A stretch of 63,653 bases of DNA, the filler included, from Octopus bimaculoides (lineage: Eukaryota): assembly GCF_001194135.2 (NCBI RefSeq). It is 8 parts of 8 records of this genome, joined end to end, with 100 filler letters (N's around TTAATTAATTAA, not from the genome) between each part and the next. Parts side by side here need not be neighbours in the genome. Positions count along the whole stretch, not along the records: positions 25,315 to 43,221 come from NC_069006.1; positions 43,322 to 50,554 come from NC_068997.1; 6 more parts are not named here. One strand, written 5' to 3'. This document shows positions 36,528 to 49,095 of this stretch, piece after piece (within the stretch, counting starts at the first letter, position 1; the number at the start of each line of letters is the position of its first letter). The notes below the pieces were generated by a model, which saw only the letters and a program-made list of their open reading frames with translations, was not told the origin of the DNA and made no database searches. The position numbers were made by a program, and so were the translations under genes.

Positions 36528-36583
36528 ATTAGTTATGGTTGTTGTTGCTGTTTTGATATTAGCCCTTGCGGCCAATAAAACGA

Positions 36584-36623
<40 letters not shown>

Positions 36624-36632
36624 GTTATTATT

Positions 36633-36671
36633 CAGTAGTTTTATTTTTATATCGTGCTTTTACTTCACTAC
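36633..36671 (-). mobile_element. R4/Dong-like LINE 3' terminus running into a gap
   Basis: cagtagttttatttttatatcgtgcttttacttcactac is nearly the reverse complement of 55093-55131; (ATT)n tail. Confidence 0.7.
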
Positions 36672-37759
36672 NNNNNNNNNNNNNNNNNNNNNNNNNNNNN
36701 NNNNNNNNNNNNNNNNNNNNNNNNNNNNNNNNNNNNNNNNNNNNNNNNNNNNNNNNNNNNNNNNNNNNNNNNNNNNNNNNNNNNNNNNNNNNNNNNNNNN
36801 NNNNNNNNNNNNNNNNNNNNNNNNNNNNNNNNNNNNNNNNNNNNNNNNNNNNNNNNNNNNNNNNNNNNNNNNNNNNNNNNNNNNNNNNNNNNNNNNNNNN
36901 NNNNNNNNNNNNNNNNNNNNNNNNNNNNNNNNNNNNNNNNNNNNNNNNNNNNNNNNNNNNNNNNNNNNNNNNNNNNNNNNNNNNNNNNNNNNNNNNNNNN
37001 NNNNNNNNNNNNNNNNNNNNNNNNNNNNNNNNNNNNNNNNNNNNNNNNNNNNNNNNNNNNNNNNNNNNNNNNNNNNNNNNNNNNNNNNNNNNNNNNNNNN
37101 NNNNNNNNNNNNNNNNNNNNNNNNNNNNNNNNNNNNNNNNNNNNNNNNNNNNNNNNNNNNNNNNNNNNNNNNNNNNNNNNNNNNNNNNNNNNNNNNNNNN
37201 NNNNNNNNNNNNNNNNNNNNNNNNNNNNNNNNNNNNNNNNNNNNNNNNNNNNNNNNNNNNNNNNNNNNNNNNNNNNNNNNNNNNNNNNNNNNNNNNNNNN
37301 NNNNNNNNNNNNNNNNNNNNNNNNNNNNNNNNNNNNNNNNNNNNNNNNNNNNNNNNNNNNNNNNNNNNNNNNNNNNNNNNNTTATTATTATTATTATTTC
37401 AACGATTAGAAGCGACATCAGGTTTGGAACCTTTATCTAAATGTAGACAACGAAAACGACAATGACGATAACGATGGTGGTGATGGTGATGAAGATGGTG
37501 GCGGCAGCGGTATTTCTAGTGATGATTATTATGATGATAATAATGTCGAAGAAGACGACGATGATGATGCTGGTGGTGGTGGTGGTGATGATGATGATGA
37601 CAGTGGTGGTGACGGTGGTCGTCGTCGCCGCCGTGGTTATATTGGCAACTATGACGACGACGGCGGTGATGTGTATGAAGAGTATGCTGTATCAATGTAG
37701 TGCTCCTAACTCTAAAAACCACCCCTGACTCACCACTGCTTCGAGCGATGTAAGGTGGA

Positions 37760-38872
37760 TTAGGGTGGGTTGTGTAGATGTACAGCCATGTGGTTCATGG
37801 AGAAATGTGAGTGTGATAAGCATTTCCCCCTCTGGATCTTGTCTGCACGCCGGGTGAACCGTCCGTGGCAAAAGATGTCACAGAGGGCATATCTGAATCT
37901 CGAACCCGTGATGCAATAGAGACAGAAGGTGGCACATTTGTTGGTGTAGAGAAGGTAGAAGACAACGGAGAAGAGCAACAGGTTTTCGGCTTTCTCCCTC
38001 GGACTTTCCAAATTGTATTGTCTGTGGGATGTGAACGCTGTGTGCATACAAAACGGAAACGTGAGCAGGATTATGGCAAACGATTCTACCAGTAGCATGG
38101 TACTGATTTGACGTGTACGAGAGTTCTCGCACACTCCTCGGATCTCACGATTGACCGGAAGTCGTTTTGATTTCCGGTAGTAAAATATAATGACGATGTT
38201 GCTCATGATGATGATGATGAAGGAGATAAGAAGGAAGACAGTGTGAATCCACGGCCAAACATCCCGCCAAAACCACCTGTAAATCTCGTTTGGTTCCGTG
38301 ACCGTGCACAAGCGGTCGTTGCGGAATTCGGGCACGATGTCTGACACAAACAGGAAGTGTGACTCCTTGACACTGACGCCGACAAGTAATCCAATAACTA
38401 CGGACTTTGCGCGTCGTGGCGTACACAGTCTATTGGCTTTGAACGGAAACAAAATGGCGATTGCTCTATCTGCCGCCATGGCTGCTGTGAGAATAATCCC
38501 GAAGTCACTGCTACCCCAGCCAAAGAAATTGAAGAACTTACACATATAATGTGCGTCGTCTGTACGTTCGACGGCATGTGGGAAGTTGACATAAACCCAG
38601 TGAGCAGGCAAAGCTATGAGGAAACAAAGGACATCCCCCAGAGCTCCGGCTAGCATGTATATGGCGGTGGAAACGGAAGAGAAATACCGACTGGTCATCA
38701 CAATTACGACAAGAATGTTACAGACTGTACCGAAGAGCACAAGAAAAGGCGGATAGTAGAGGTTGATGAATCTAGCGATGCGTGTCTCCATGAATTCTAA
38801 TGGGGTTTCATTGTAGCTGCCATTATGGAAAGACACGGTCTGTGACGCTACTGTTGTGAAATTCATTTTCAT
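37760..38872 (-). CDS. Intronless class A (rhodopsin-like) GPCR, FMRFamide/peptide-receptor-like group, 370 aa from the first ATG (38872)
   Basis: Open frame with 7 hydrophobic segments; N-terminal sequons NFT, NGS and NET; TM1 GTVCN, TM2 ALGD, TM3 C..DRAIAI, ICL2 FPFKA..CTPRRA, ECL2 Cys, TM6 LTFP, TM7 TNKCATFCLYCITG and helix 8 SRFR. The ORF-track start at 38878 is a GTG. Confidence 0.93.
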   Translation of the reverse strand: MKMNFTTVASQTVSFHNGSYNETPLEFMETRIARFINLYYPPFLVLFGTVCNILVVIVMTSRYFSSVSTAIYMLAGALGDVLCFLIALPAHWVYVNFPHAVERTDDAHYMCKFFNFFGWGSSDFGIILTAAMAADRAIAILFPFKANRLCTPRRAKSVVIGLLVGVSVKESHFLFVSDIVPEFRNDRLCTVTEPNEIYRWFWRDVWPWIHTVFLLISFIIIIMSNIVIIFYYRKSKRLPVNREIRGVCENSRTRQISTMLLVESFAIILLTFPFCMHTAFTSHRQYNLESPREKAENLLLFSVVFYLLYTNKCATFCLYCITGSRFRYALCDIFCHGRFTRRADKIQRGKCLSHSHFSMNHMAVHLHNPP

Positions 38873-39300
38873 CGCCACGGTTCAAAAGCAACAAAGTTGA
38901 GGGTCTCAGACATTCATATCTGCTATGTCGGTTGGTACACGGCTTTACAACTTTGCGCGTACCTGTGTGTGTAAGGGGGTATGTGTGTAGTCGCACGAGA
39001 GTGTATGTGTTTGTGTATGAGTGTGTATGCGTATATCTATGTATGTGTGTGTGTTCTATGAACTGAGGTTTAAATTAGCCTTTCATCTTAAGGGATCTGC
39101 TAAACAGACCCCGTTCTTTTTTTTAACTTGCTGACTACATAGAGCAAGGTACGTACACACTCGCACACACACGCTTAAGCATGCACGCACGCACGCACAC
39201 GCACACAGACACGCAGAAAGGTTATATATAAACCACCAAAGTTTAGAATTAATCGTGAACAAGAAGTACGTTTACACTGAACAACGTGTGTATGTGTGTG

Positions 39301-39341
<41 letters not shown>

Positions 39342-39369
39342 GCACCTCAAAAATCACAAATTTTCTATG

Positions 39370-39407
<38 letters not shown>

Positions 39408-42074
39408 AAGAGATAGATAGATAGATATACTGGACGAGTATAGAACAAATATGAGCTATTTTGTGGTGTGTAGTGTATATGCATATATAAATGTATATAT
39501 GTATTTATGTATGTGTGTGTACGCGTGTATTTATGCTTTCACTATTTTTTTATTTCTTAGAATTCCTTCAGAAGCCAAGAACTAGTTTCTGACAAAGAAA
39601 CAGAAGCTCCATTGCTACAATTTGTATAACAACCACAATAATTGTTACATATTACTGTTCCACTAAGAGATTGTATCTGTAACGTTCGTGCCGGTCGATC
39701 TGTTTGCTGCCAAATCCGAGCCTTCCCAGATTGTCGCTTGGATAGCTAACCTCTATGGCTGTTCATGATTTTTCTTTTCCGTTCTCAAGTATGTATGTAC
39801 ATATACAATATTACTGGTGTAAAAGTTGATTACTTTTCTATAGATCGAATTATCGAGCTGGTGAGGGGTTGGACAGATGGCACAAGAACGAAGAACATGT
39901 TGAAAAGTCTCACATTTTGATCGCGTAATAGCGAGCTCTAAACTTCCGGCAGCTTGATGCATACGCATATAGGCAAAGAGATGTGCGCACGTGTTTATAT
40001 ATACATATATAAATATAAATGCATGTGTATGAATATAATGTAGTCAAATATGTGTTTGTGTGTGCGTGTGTGTGTATGGGTAAATGGATAGATGCTTGGA
40101 TGTATTAAGTAAATAACTGTGCAACTACACACAGATATGTCTCATCCTGATGCATCTTGTTGACAAGATTGTTTGGTTTGGTTCGGCAAATCTTCATAAA
40201 ATGTAGATACGTATTGACGTATTCTTATCATGTCTTCAATGAAACAGATACTTTTAATCGTTCTATAATCATGTATAGATAATCTGAACGAGGTAATACG
40301 TTTCTGGTGTCTTTGGTTGTCTCAGATTAAGATTAAGTAGCGATGAGATTAAAAAAGAAATTCTATGTATTTAAATCTTTAATAGATTGGGATAGAGTCT
40401 CAGCAATTGAAGACATGGCAGCTTGTCAAGATATATTTGTGATTGTCGTTTATGAAAATAAGACGTCGAAAAATATATATTTCAGTTAAAGCTTGGAAGA
40501 AAAAGTGCAAGTTAAAATACTCATTGGAAAGAGTATGGCTATAGATTAAGGTTTAATTTTGTAATGGATTTTTTACTGTTTATGGCCATCGGAAAATTCT
40601 GTTAAAAATTTCCTTCTGACGGTCTGAGATAGAATTGCGATAGAATTATGTTGTGGCTTACTTTCTGTTTTGTTTTTTTCTGGCTCTCGTTTATTGTCTG
40701 CTTGATTGGTTAACCTCTTCTTTTGTATTTGTATCTCTCTCTCTCTCTCTCTCTCTACATCTCTCTCACTCTCTCATTCTTTCGCTCTCTCTCTCTCTTT
40801 CACTGTGTGTATGTGTGTGTGCTTTCTTTTCAAGGCAGAAATATGTATGCCGACTCTGGTTGATAACACCTTTAAGCCTGATAACGTCTTTAAGCCAATA
40901 TACAACTTTTACGAAAATATGATTGTGCTTGATAAATTAATTGAGGTCCAACTCATTCAAATTTAAACCTCATGACCGAGCAACCGAGTGTGTGTGTGTG
41001 TGAGTGCGAGCGTGAGTATGTGTTTATATAAACATATTATGTGCATCCAAAACGTTATAGTTAAATGATATGGAAACCCACCAGGTTTTGATTTTGTATG
41101 TTAACACCCTTTTAAATTTGTTCTAAAAATTCAATCTGACAATGTTGCAATGTTCCAAACGCATTCATGAGTCATAAGTGTGAATTCCGACCAAGAGTTT
41201 GTAACTAGACACTTCCGGTGACAATCCAGTTCATAAACACCGTGTCTGTTTGATCGAAAAACACACCGGTGTGCCTTGAATTGAAAATTGATGGACACAG
41301 TTGCACTGATTGATGAAGAAGAGAAAATAAAAAAAGCAGTGGTTTTGCTCGGAAAATGTTACTCTGCTCGTTCAGATGCAGTTTTCCATAAAAACCTTTC
41401 ACGTAGCAGCACACGGTGTAGGCTTATCGGAGATGCAGACGATCCCCTCGTCAGCCGTACCACATCGAGGCTGGAGATAACTCACGGCTTAATCAACCAC
41501 TAGATGTAAGCCAAATGGTAGCTTGGTCATCGTCATCATCGTCATCGTTATGGTCATCAAGCAGTCAATCGATCAATTAAATATTAATCAAGTAGACATT
41601 CATCATTATCAAGGTTAATTTTGGAAACACCGATCTATCCCGAAGTTGTCGCAATGTTCGGTGGTCGGTATGGTGAGTCATTCACTATCAGAGAAAAATG
41701 ATGGCAAATAGAAATATGTCGGAGTTAAATGACCTCGTGTCTATTGATTTCATTCTGTTCCATTCTAGACAACCCGGCAACATTTACGATTATCGAGGAC
41801 TAGACTCGACGTAGATTTATCTGGAGGATAGATTGGAAATTGTCCATTTTGAGCTGGTGTGTAATTCGGACATACATAGTGCTGTTATAGAGCTGGAATT
41901 GGAATTGGTGGCAGCAGGTGGTTATGGAGAAGTGGTGTGTGGTTTGTCCTCAGAGGACTGTCGTCTGCAAAATAAGAAAAGACATATTGTTAGTGCATTT
42001 ATTGGCAGTTAATCACGATTTGTAAGCAGAGATATACAAAGGAAATACATTGACGCATATTGATATCTTACATA

Positions 42075-42253
42075 GATGCAGGCGTGGGTGTGTGGGAAGA
42101 AGCTTGCTTCCAAACAACATCCTTCCAGGTTCAGTCCCACTGCGTGGTACTTTGAGTAAATATCTTCTACTATAGTCTTCACACTGATCAAAGCCTGACG
42201 AGAGGATTTCGTAGACGGAGACTGAAAGAAGTTGCCATGTATATACAGTACAG

Positions 42254-42298
<45 letters not shown>

Positions 42299-42515
42299 TA
42301 TTATCTCTATGTACGTCTGTATTTGTCCACCACCACTGCTTAACCGGTATTGGTGTGTTTACATCCCCATAACTTAATAGTTCGGCAAAAGGGTTCCAAT
42401 AGAATAAGAACTAGGCTTTAAAAAATAAGTTTTGGGCTCGATTTCTTTGACTAAAACCCTTCAAAGTGGTGTCCTAGCATGACCACAGCCCAGTGACTGA
42501 AACAAGTAAAAGAAA
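42075..42515 (+). mobile_element. Full-length tRNA-derived SINE family A with internal (TA)n
   Basis: Head ggtgtgtgg..ggttcagtccc, body, microsatellite, and tail ..cagtgactgaaacaagtaaaaga. Confidence 0.85.
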
Positions 42516-42927
42516 ACACAAAAGTAACAATTTATAACCAAAAAGGATTCTTTCTTTCTTTCTTTCTTCCTTCCTCCTTCCTTCCTCTCTCAATTCGTGA
42601 TGGAGTCGTAGAGACGACGTCGTGACATGCGATGTATTTTTTTAAACCTGACAGAAGACATCCTTCTCCAGGTTTGAAACGCAGTTGACTTCCTCCAGAA
42701 AAAGAAAAGGGGAGAAATAGACAGAGAGAGATAGAGAGAGGAAGAGAGAGAGAGAATGAGAAGTGGGGGAGACTCATCCCATATTCTGGACTGGTACTAT
42801 ATTTATCGACTCAGATAGGATTTCGAAGCAAATTCTTTAAACATTTCTAAAGAAAAACAAAAACTGGTGAGGGTGCAACCATTACGCTGTGGTACTTAGT
42901 GATTTTCTCATCATAGCTTCGCTAAAC

Positions 42928-42987
42928 ACAATGGAAGGTGGGCTCTGATGAGGCGGTCTAAGACAACCGAAACATGTACTTCATTGT
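42928..42987 (+). ncRNA. Candidate minimal type I hammerhead ribozyme with canonical core
   Basis: CUGAUGA (42945-51); stem II gg..gtc-taa-gac..cc; GAAA (42969-72); palindromic ACAUGU stem III; GUA triplet. acaatggaag/cttcattgt pairing is present but offset from the core by 7 nt. Confidence 0.6.
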
Positions 42988-43159
42988 TTCCTGCACATAC
43001 TTAAGTTCTGAAGGAGGGCTATGTGCCTAGGGGGGTGATATAGAACTGACAGTGGTATTTAGGGAGAGTGGTTGACGTACTGTTTTATAGGGGTGCTGTT
43101 GTGCCCAGGTAAGGGGCTTTGGTTGCGTCGAGAACTCTGTTGTATGGCTGTGCGCGTGT

Positions 43160-43203
<44 letters not shown>

Positions 43204-43321
43204 ATTTTTTCATGGTGGTGTNNNNNNNNNNNNNNNNNNNNNNNNNNNNNNNNNNNNNNNNNNNNTTAATTAATTAANNNNNNNNNNNNNNNNNNNNNNN
43301 NNNNNNNNNNNNNNNNNNNNN

Positions 43322-43520
43322 AGTTATCTCACTATGTTGGACCGTTAAACTCTGCACATTTTTCTCTCCCCGTTTTTTTCATTCTCCATTTTTTATCTCT
43401 TAATCCTTTCTCGAAGAGCGTAGGCTCAAAACGTAAAAGACTTTTCCATTCTTCCCGAGCGTTAAACTAATACACCTGCTTGTTGTTCCTACACCTGTCT
43501 TCGTTTTTTGGTAAATTTGA
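43322..43520 (+). mobile_element. Family E terminal repeat (Penelope-like), copy 3
   Basis: gaagagcgtaggctcaaaacgtaaaagacttttccattcttcccgagcgttaaactaatac..cctgtcttcg. Confidence 0.6.
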
Positions 43521-43831
43521 AATTCACAGAAGTCTTTTTTTTGCTGGGTCTCCAGGATAATCTTTGGACGGACAGGAATACTGAGTGACTTGCCTCTACC
43601 CCATCACCATCATCAGTACCACCGCCACCGCCTCGCATAGCCCGTCCCTAATCGTTAGTGCATGAATCGGTCACAATAGCGTCCCAGACCAGGTCGTAGA
43701 TTAAGTCCCACAATTAAAAGTTTTATACCAATGCACCCTGCTTCTATCATGTTGCACCGTTTACAGTGGACTGCTGCAGCAACCTCCATCCCTACGTTGG
43801 CTACTTACTGACCGCTGGTACTTTGTTAACC

Positions 43832-43892
<61 letters not shown>

Positions 43893-44021
43893 ATGGTGGT
43901 GGTGGTAGTGGTGGCAGTAGTGGTGGTAGCAACAATAGTGGTAGTAGTAGTAATAGAAGTAACAGTAGCAGCAGCAGTGATGGTAGTTGTAGTAGTAGCA
44001 GCAGCAGCGATGGTAGTTATT

Positions 44022-44055
<34 letters not shown>

Positions 44056-44160
44056 CATCAGCAGCGATGATAGTTGTAGTAGTAGCAGCAGCAGCAGCGA
44101 CAGCAGTTGTAGTAATAGTAGTAGCAGCAGCAGCAGCGAGAGTAGTTGTAGTAGTAGTAG
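43832..44160. repeat. Compound (AGT/AGC/GGT)n array
   Basis: Direct read. Confidence 0.9.
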
Positions 44161-44340
44161 TTATTCAACCTGGAATGGTCCACCCTGTTCGAACATCACT
44201 TACCGTCATGACCATGACGGCTCTGTCTGTCTACGTGTATCTAGTATCGCATGGTCTAATGTGTCCTTTAATTATTTAAAAAGGGAGAGCGTAACATAAG
44301 AGAATTTGACAGCTATTTCTAACAGGTTTAACAATCGTGT
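44160..44340 (-). mobile_element. SINE-like family F 3' part
   Basis: Reverse complement gttagaaatagctgtcaaattctc..aaaggacacatt..tagatacac..ggtcatg. Confidence 0.55.
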
Positions 44341-44660
44341 AGAAGCCAGTCGTACTCCGAGGGAGGTTCAAAGGTCTTGGTGGTGGTGATGGAAGACGAG
44401 GTGGACTTAAAATAGAGGGACACTTTCGGTACATCTGCACCTATCGCAACTGGCGCATCTCCAGAAATATAGTAGTATTGTCGTTTCTGTTGCTGGTGGT
44501 GGTTGTGGTGGTAGTCGTCGTTGTCGTCTTTGTTGTCGTCATAGTAGTTGTAGAGGTGGTAGTGGTGATGGTGGTTGTTGTAGTAGCGGTGGTGTCGTTG
44601 TTATTGATGTTAATGTTGTCATTGCTGTGGTTTTGAGGTTAGTATTATTGTATTGGGGTT

Positions 44661-44837
44661 GGTGAACTGGCAGAATCGCTAACGCGTCGAACAAAATGCT
44701 TAACGGCATTTCGTCCGGCTCTTTACTACATTCTGAGTTCAACTTTGCCTTTCATTCTTTTGTTATCGATCAGATAAAGTACCAGTCAAGTACTGAAGTA
44801 CACGTAATCGATTTGCCTTGTACCAAAATTTCAAACA
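44661..44837 (+). mobile_element. SINE family C, internally deleted
   Basis: ggtgaactggcagaatcgctaac..aaatgcttaacggcatttcg..ctttgcctttcatt..ccttgtaccaaaatttcaaac. Confidence 0.75.
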
Positions 44838-45279
44838 ATTGTTTTGTTGTTGCTGGTGTTGTTATTTGTGGCGGCAGCGTATGTCATGGTGTTTCAACAA
44901 TCATTTGACAGATTAAATTTCAATTTTACAACTACTCATTCAATTCATCATTCATCCAGTCATTCACTAACACATCTATTCGCTCATTCATTAACAGCAA
45001 TGGAAATGGATTGTAAGCACTAGGGTACGCTAAAGTCCGTGAGACGGAGAATGAGATGAAGGTGGAGAGTCAAACTCTATAAGCGCCCTCGTTAATTCAA
45101 AAGAAGGGAAACCCTATCCTTGCGTGTCCTCTCCTTCAGCTACTGTTTACACATTCATTCATTTAATTATTCATTCGTACAAATCTATAAATCTTCGCTT
45201 ATATTTTTATTCAGTTATTCAACCTTTCTTTCATCTGTGTTTCTCTCTTCCTCTCTCTCAATCGCTCTTCATTAGTATT

Positions 45280-45730
45280 TTATATCCATTCACCATCACC
45301 ACACACCCCTCAGTTGCTTCAAACACCACTCACTGTCACTACAGACCCCACTACAACTGCCACTACAATCACACTGCTACAACCACCACTGTCACACTGC
45401 CGCCACTACAACCATCACCACACTCTACCCCACAAAACCATTATAATCACCACCACCAATTCTATATCCATCAGTACAACCAACATAACTAGCACAGCAA
45501 CCATCACCATAGCCATCATTGCACCACCCCTACAACTGCCAATACCACCAATACTACAACCCCATTACAACTACCATCAGCACCACCTCACTCTAACCAA
45601 CACCACTACTATTTCTATGACCAACAGTTCAACTGCTACAACTAACAAACAATCACTACAACAAGGACCACTGACACTACAGCCACTATGCACCACCATC
45701 TACAATCACCAATACCACCACCACAATATA
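45280..45730. repeat. Degenerate (CAC/AAC/TAC)n low-complexity tract
   Basis: Direct read. Confidence 0.8.
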
Positions 45731-46053
45731 TTCTAGCCACACTACATCAGTAGCCTTCATATCACCTGTTAACAAAAATCAAATTTCCCCTTAATGATAA
45801 TTAATGATTTTTTTGTGAAATTCTTAATTTATTGTAATTAACGCCACTTTTCATTGAGAGTCACTAACAATTATTGCCAAATCTCTGCTTTCACTCACCG
45901 ACTAAAATGTAATTTTAAATTCATTTTGAATTTTTTTTTTTTTTTTGCAAACACCATTCATCACCAACCTGAATGATCTAAATTATTGCTGTTGGTCTAC
46001 TTCAGTTATTTCCCTTTAACTCTTTTTTTTTTAAATAAAAAATAACTATTATA

Positions 46054-46243
46054 GATGCAGAAATGGCTGTGTGGTAAGTAGCTTGCTTCCCAACTACATG
46101 ATTCCAGGGTCAGTCCCACTGTATGGCACCTTAGGCAAGTGTCTTCTGCTATAGCCTCAGGCCTACCAAAGCCTTGCGAGTGGATTTGGTAGACAGAAAC
46201 TGAAGAAAGCCTGCTGTGTGAGTGTGTGTGTGTGTGTGTGTGT
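46054..46243 (+). mobile_element. SINE family A 5' half with CpG decay
   Basis: tggctgtgtggtaagtagcttgct..gtcccactgtatggcaccttaggcaagtgtc..ggatttggtagacagaaactgaag. Confidence 0.85.
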
Positions 46244-48394
46244 ATTGTAATTCTTTTTACTTGTAAGATGAAAAAAAAATGCCCTCCCCATCCCTAGCCC
46301 TACCACAAACTTGCAGACTAAAGCTGACTGTTCTTACTCTAATGAGGTTTAATAAGACTGAAATATGTCAGAAGCAATCAGTCATTTCCTTAACAGTGGT
46401 CAGATTTCACCTTTAAGGAATATAATAATTAAATTTGAAAGTAGTGTCTTAATTATGTGACATTATTTCACCTTTTATTTGAGTTTCCTCAACAACTCCC
46501 GCTAGGCTTTTGTTCCCTTTCTCCAGCTTAAAATTGCAATTCATTGCAAATTTTTTTGCATGCATTATCCTGTACATCGTCAGCTACCTGTTTTATTAAA
46601 GGAACATTTGTGAATGTATCTTACTGTAGAAGGGAGTGGAGGAAGGGGAGGAGAGAAGAGGTGTGAAGGAGGAAGTAGGGAGTAGAAAGATGAGGTGGAA
46701 GAGTGGAGAGAAAGTGAAAGTCAGGAGTAGGAGATGTAGATAGATTAATAGTTCTACTGTTTACTTTTTCAAAAGAGTATTACTACCAAAGTCTGAGTAA
46801 ATCCATATTAATCTGATCAGCAGAGATAATCATGTTANNNNNNNNNNNNNNNNNNNNNNNNNNNNNNNNNNNNNNNNNNNNNNNNNNNNNNNNNNNNNNN
46901 NNNNNNNNNNNNNNNNNNNNNNNNNNNNNNNNNNNNNNNNNNNNNNNNNNNNNNNNNNNNNNNNNNNNNNNNNNNNNNNNNNNNNNNNNNNNNNNNNNNN
47001 NNNNNNNNNNNNNNNNNNNNNNNNNNNNNNNNNNNNNNNNNNNNNNNNNNNNNNNNNNNNNNNNNNNNNNNNNNNNNNNNNNNNNNNNNNNNNNNNNNNN
47101 NNNNNNNNNNNNNNNNNNNNNNNNNNNNNNNNNNNNNNNNNNNNNNNNNNNNNNNNNNNNNNNNNNNNNNNNNNNNNNNNNNNNNNNNNNNNNNNNNNNN
47201 NNNNNNNNNNNNNNNNNNNNNNNNNNNNNNNNNNNNNNNNNNNNNNNNNNNNNNNNNNNNNNNNNNNNCCCACAAAATCTAAGAACTGGAGTACAATTCC
47301 TTCTCACCTTATAAATTTAATTTATTTCCTCAGGATTCCAGTTGCTATTCAGTTTGTGTCTACCATCTATCCTTCAGACTTTGTGCATTGCAACTTACAA
47401 AAGCTTCTAAAGACCTGAAGGGATGACTGAACTCAAACATTTTGGTGCTGAAAGTATGCACATAGAGTTAAGTAAAGAGAGAAAGAGCGAGATGGAAAAG
47501 ACATAACATTGAATTGGAAAACAAACAAAGGCTGTTCATTTGCACGGTTAGAGTTAGTTACAAAAGAGACACTGTAACATGTTGGGTGTCCGACTTAGTT
47601 TTGCAAGTTGGATTGAAGCACAAGCTTAATCTCTTGGGTCTGATAGATACAATTATACCTAAAAACTCCAGTTCATAATGTAGGCCATAGTAAATGGATA
47701 AAGGGGCCAACATACATTATAACAACTTCATTAATGATAGAGGAAGGGAAGAATATGCAATTGTCCACACACAGACCTATTAAAAGTCCTCAGAGTAAGA
47801 ATGGTTGATATCAAAAGGGGTCGCACCTATGCACCCTAATTTACTTCTCTGTCTATCTGCTGTTTCACCACATACTTATTTTCAAGGTAGCATTTCAATT
47901 GTATCCAAAATACATTAAACATTATCCTATCTGTATATCTCTATGTTTGTCTCACAACATATTTATATCTCTAGTTAACTCTTCAATGTTTCCATACTTT
48001 AAACGTCTCCACATCAATTAACCTAATTATCTGTCAATATAAAATTAGCTGAACAATGAAAATAATAACATTTCTGAATATCCCAGATGAATTGTTAAGA
48101 TTATAATTTTTTTTACAATCATTAACCTCAATGGCTAAGCAGCAAACAGCTGTATTATTACCCTTAACTTAAAAATAAAGGATCCAAGTTCAAATTCTGG
48201 CTGGTACTTATGTGGAAAAGAAAAAGAATGACCATCACCCAGAAATGAATGTGACTTGATAATATCATTAACTGTTTTAGGTTCTTGTGTAGTAACAAGC
48301 AGACAAACATCCTACGCCCCCACCACCACCACCATTAATCTAGTAGAGCCCTAAAGATGTGAAAGCTGGAGTGACAGGGGACTGCATCAGCAGT

Positions 48395-48530
48395 TGGCTG
48401 GATTCATTTTCAGTTGAATAGACTGGAGCAACATGAAATGAAGTGCTTTACTCAAAGACACAAGGCTCCACCCTGTCCAGCAATTAAACCCATGACATTA
48501 TGAACCGGCGTCTAACATACTAATTATTAA
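48395..48530 (-). mobile_element. SINE family B head, strongly decayed
   Basis: gactggagcaacatgaaatgaagtgctttactcaaagacac. Confidence 0.55.
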
Positions 48531-49044
48531 ACATCCAGAAATAAGGCACTTTATAACGATTAGAGATTAATGTAATTGAAACGGGTCTTTTTTTTAATGT
48601 TTTACTATTAATTTCCTCTTGAGAAATTAATGAGACAGGGGAGGTAACTCAAGGCTGGATTTTTTTACTACCAAATGTTCTTCCTGTCACCATCGTGTAA
48701 CTATAACTATTATTCAGTTCTGACATATTTTAACCTTTTTGATATGCCTGACTGTCCCTGGATCTACAATGCAAACTTCCCATTTTAAAGTGATCTAAAT
48801 TAAAACCTTCCATTAAGATTTCATGTTAATTGAGGTTCCCAACACCAGATAAATAATGAGAAAGTTACTTTACTGTGCCATTCTTTATTTTCAAAGTAAA
48901 CCGAAACAAAAGACAGTGTATTTCACTAGAAACATAGTAAGAAAAGGATTAAAATACTTTGCGATGGCTGCTGTGAAATTACAAGACAGCTGCAATCTAA
49001 GCCAAAATATAAATCCAAAGCTTCAAAATAATAGGAACTAACAT

Positions 49045-49095
49045 GGTGGCTGTGTGGTAAGTAGCTTGCTTACCAACCACATGGTTCCGCGTTCA
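49045..49095 (+). mobile_element. SINE family A 5' fragment
   Basis: gtggctgtgtggtaagtagcttgcttaccaaccacatggttccgcgttca. Confidence 0.8.

Noticed and set aside
43766-44299. Ser/Gly-rich 177-aa ORF resembling a structural protein
   Set aside because: Made of an (AGT/AGC)n microsatellite plus the antisense of a SINE tail; no signal peptide.
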